Virus record (IMG/VR): IMGVR_UViG_3300012667_000647
Location: 1 to 46,786 of that record
Direction: 5' to 3' (one strand)
Source of the DNA: a virus
Lineage: Duplodnaviria; Caudoviricetes
DNA length: 46,786 bases
In this document: in pieces, positions 45,160 to 46,786 of the stretch
Layout: the number at the start of each line of letters is the position of its first letter
Numbering within the stretch: position 1 is the first letter of the stretch
Position numbers and translations under genes: made by a program
Notes under the pieces: generated by a model
What the model was told of the DNA's origin: nothing
Seen by the model: only the letters and a program-made list of their open reading frames with translations
Databases searched by the model: none

Positions 45160-46786
45160 TTTTTTGCTCCGTTTTTCTTTCTTTTTATAATATCGTAAGT
45201 GTAACCCATTTTATTTTTTGGATTATCCATTGGCTCTTTATTGTCTGCACCACCTAAGGTGCCTGCAAATCCTGATTCTGGTTCATTCTGAAAACCATTA
45301 TATTCTTTAATGGTCTTTCTGAATCTATTGAAGTTCTTACCACCTTCTAATGGATTTGGTTTTGGTCCGCCTGCAATACCTGCAAAGTTGACTACATCAC
45401 CGTTACTTGCGGTTGGACCAATACTGTCTTCACTATAGGTTTGATTACCTAATCCAGCGCCACCAGCCGCACTTTGTCCACCTGCACGAGAATCATATTC
45501 TTGGCCTACACCACCAGTTTTACCTAGTTGTTGTAAACCTATAGATTTGTCTCCTCTTTTCAACCTTTTGTTTTTGTCGTTGTCTTTGGAGAAGTTGCTT
45601 TCTTTCGGCTGTTGGAACTTCGTGAGGTTCGGCCTTGTTTCTTCATAGACTCCTGACCAGGCGCCTCCTGAGTGTCCGGCTGAGGCAAAGTCTTTGCCTT
45701 TTCTTGGACGGGTGTTTCCTTTGATTTCGTCTTTTCCTGAACCAATGGCTTGATTGTCTGGGACGATATCTCCAAGATTTTCTGCTCGGCCGCTTGTTCC
45801 TGCACGGAGTTTTGCGGCTCGGCTTTCTTTGAGCCTCTGAATAAATCTAGAATCTTTTTCAACATAATTATTTTCCTTGACGAGAACTGTAATAGAATCA
45901 TTGGTATTTAGCTTACCGTGGGTTTGCATCCAACGGTATGCTTCTTCCAAATAAGTCTTATTGTCAATAAACTTATTCAACTTATAATAAGTATCAGTAA
46001 CATCTTCCTCAATATCTTGCAGTGAACCACTGTTATTGAAAATGATGAAATTTTTAAAGTTTTGACGATAAGATTCTTTACTTGCTTGAGCCAGTTCCCA
46101 TTTTTCTTGGCGAACAGACTCAGCAATCATTTTAGTCAATTTCTCATTTCTGGATTGACTAGCTTCATTTGTTGTTTCAACGAAGACCATAGATGTTGAG
46201 TAGCCCAGTTCTTCCAGTTCTTCTTTGATTGTGATGATTCTGGAATGGTCATCCGCAGGTCCATTGATAACAAGTGGACCACGGTTACGAATTGATTCTC
46301 TGCGGAAATCATTTGTCTGTTCCGACAATTTTCCTTTATCCATCAAGTAGTTATACGCTTGAGTTGAGGTAATTTCTACGGTCTTTGATTCACCAATCGC
46401 TTCACGAATAACAATATCCTTACCAGAACCTGGACCACCAGTAACGAAAATGGCCTTGAAAAGACCACGGTTGACACTCTCATTCAGTCCCATACCCTTA
46501 CGCACATCACGAAACAATTCTTTAGCCTGTTTCTCTGGTAGATGTGATGGTACACCTTGTTTGAATGAGATGAAGTCATTATTCTTGGCATGTTCACGCA
46601 TTTTAGATGCCGACATACCTTCTGCACCTTCGGCATCTGGATCACGGTGGCCAGCAGATTTGACCTCAATCTTTTTGAAGTTGAACAACTTACCTGGACC
46701 TTCGCCGTTGTATTGTTCCAATTTCTTTTGGTATTCCTCAAGTCGGTCTGAACCAGCAACCATAATCAAGTGGTCATGGCCTGCTT
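45156..46786 (-). CDS. cytidylyltransferase-like domain fused to a P-loop kinase domain and a low-complexity tail (5' end beyond window)
   Basis: VAGSDR, SAG.RDPD and MSASKMR, then GGPGSGKD Walker A; frame is open to the window edge. Confidence 0.8.
   Translation of the reverse strand, partial: AGHDHLIMVAGSDRLEEYQKKLEQYNGEGPGKLFNFKKIEVKSAGHRDPDAEGAEGMSASKMREHAKNNDFISFKQGVPSHLPEKQAKELFRDVRKGMGLNESVNRGLFKAIFVTGGPGSGKDIVIREAIGESKTVEITSTQAYNYLMDKGKLSEQTNDFRRESIRNRGPLVINGPADDHSRIITIKEELEELGYSTSMVFVETTNEASQSRNEKLTKMIAESVRQEKWELAQASKESYRQNFKNFIIFNNSGSLQDIEEDVTDTYYKLNKFIDNKTYLEEAYRWMQTHGKLNTNDSITVLVKENNYVEKDSRFIQRLKESRAAKLRAGTSGRAENLGDIVPDNQAIGSGKDEIKGNTRPRKGKDFASAGHSGGAWSGVYEETRPNLTKFQQPKESNFSKDNDKNKRLKRGDKSIGLQQLGKTGGVGQEYDSRAGGQSAAGGAGLGNQTYSEDSIGPTASNGDVVNFAGIAGGPKPNPLEGGKNFNRFRKTIKEYNGFQNEPESGFAGTLGGADNKEPMDNPKNKMGYTYDIIKRKKNGAKK

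Noticed and set aside
332-45190. Numerous plus-strand ORFs in the ORF track (e.g. 6696-7157, 7274-7756, 12739-13239, 28043-28543, 41629-42081)
   Set aside because: They are antisense shadows of well-supported minus-strand genes, with no RBS and no recognisable motifs
1-46786. Stop-codon reassignment
   Set aside because: Conserved genes are full length in the standard code, and TAA, TAG and TGA all terminate tightly packed genes
1-46786. tRNA or rRNA genes
   Set aside because: No cloverleaf with a T-loop GTTCRA in a suitable intergenic context was seen by eye; tRNAscan-SE would be decisive
1-46786. Prophage or bacterial chromosome context
   Set aside because: No integrase, att site or host housekeeping synteny; gene content and density are those of a lytic T4-like phage throughout

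Overview
This window is a 46.8-kb piece of a large lytic T4-like (Tevenvirinae/Kyanoviridae-style) myophage genome. A GH19 endolysin and a spanin pair point to a Gram-negative host. Almost all genes are on the minus strand. About 1-22 kb is an early/accessory region of small ORFs plus rIIA/rIIB, a CobS-like AAA ATPase, DexA, a metallophosphoesterase, a nucleotidyltransferase and homing-endonuclease-type genes, driven by about 12 near-consensus sigma70 promoters. About 22-24 kb is a divergence point with a short plus-strand island (Lys/Ala-rich protein, small membrane peptide, GP88-like Fe-S protein). About 24-37 kb holds a CobT-like vWA protein, RNase H, an endonuclease II-like gene, nrdAB, thioredoxin, thyX and primase. 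About 37-40.4 kb is lysis, and about 40.4-46.8 kb holds probable internal-head/virion proteins. Three signals stand out. (1) A family of at least 20 imperfect 18-bp palindromes (consensus about GTAATAC-N4-GTATTAC) abuts -35 boxes, is often paired at 29-bp spacing, and is overprinted on coding sequence around 21.4-23.9 kb. (2) A compact, symmetric cluster of DnaA boxes lies at 22163-22235, and a consensus promoter with no convincing ORF fires toward it. (3) Putative head proteins carry a T4-type capsid-targeting N-terminus and repeated hydrophobic-X-E prohead-protease sites, suggesting injected polyproteins. All calls come from reading motifs by eye; no database search was run.
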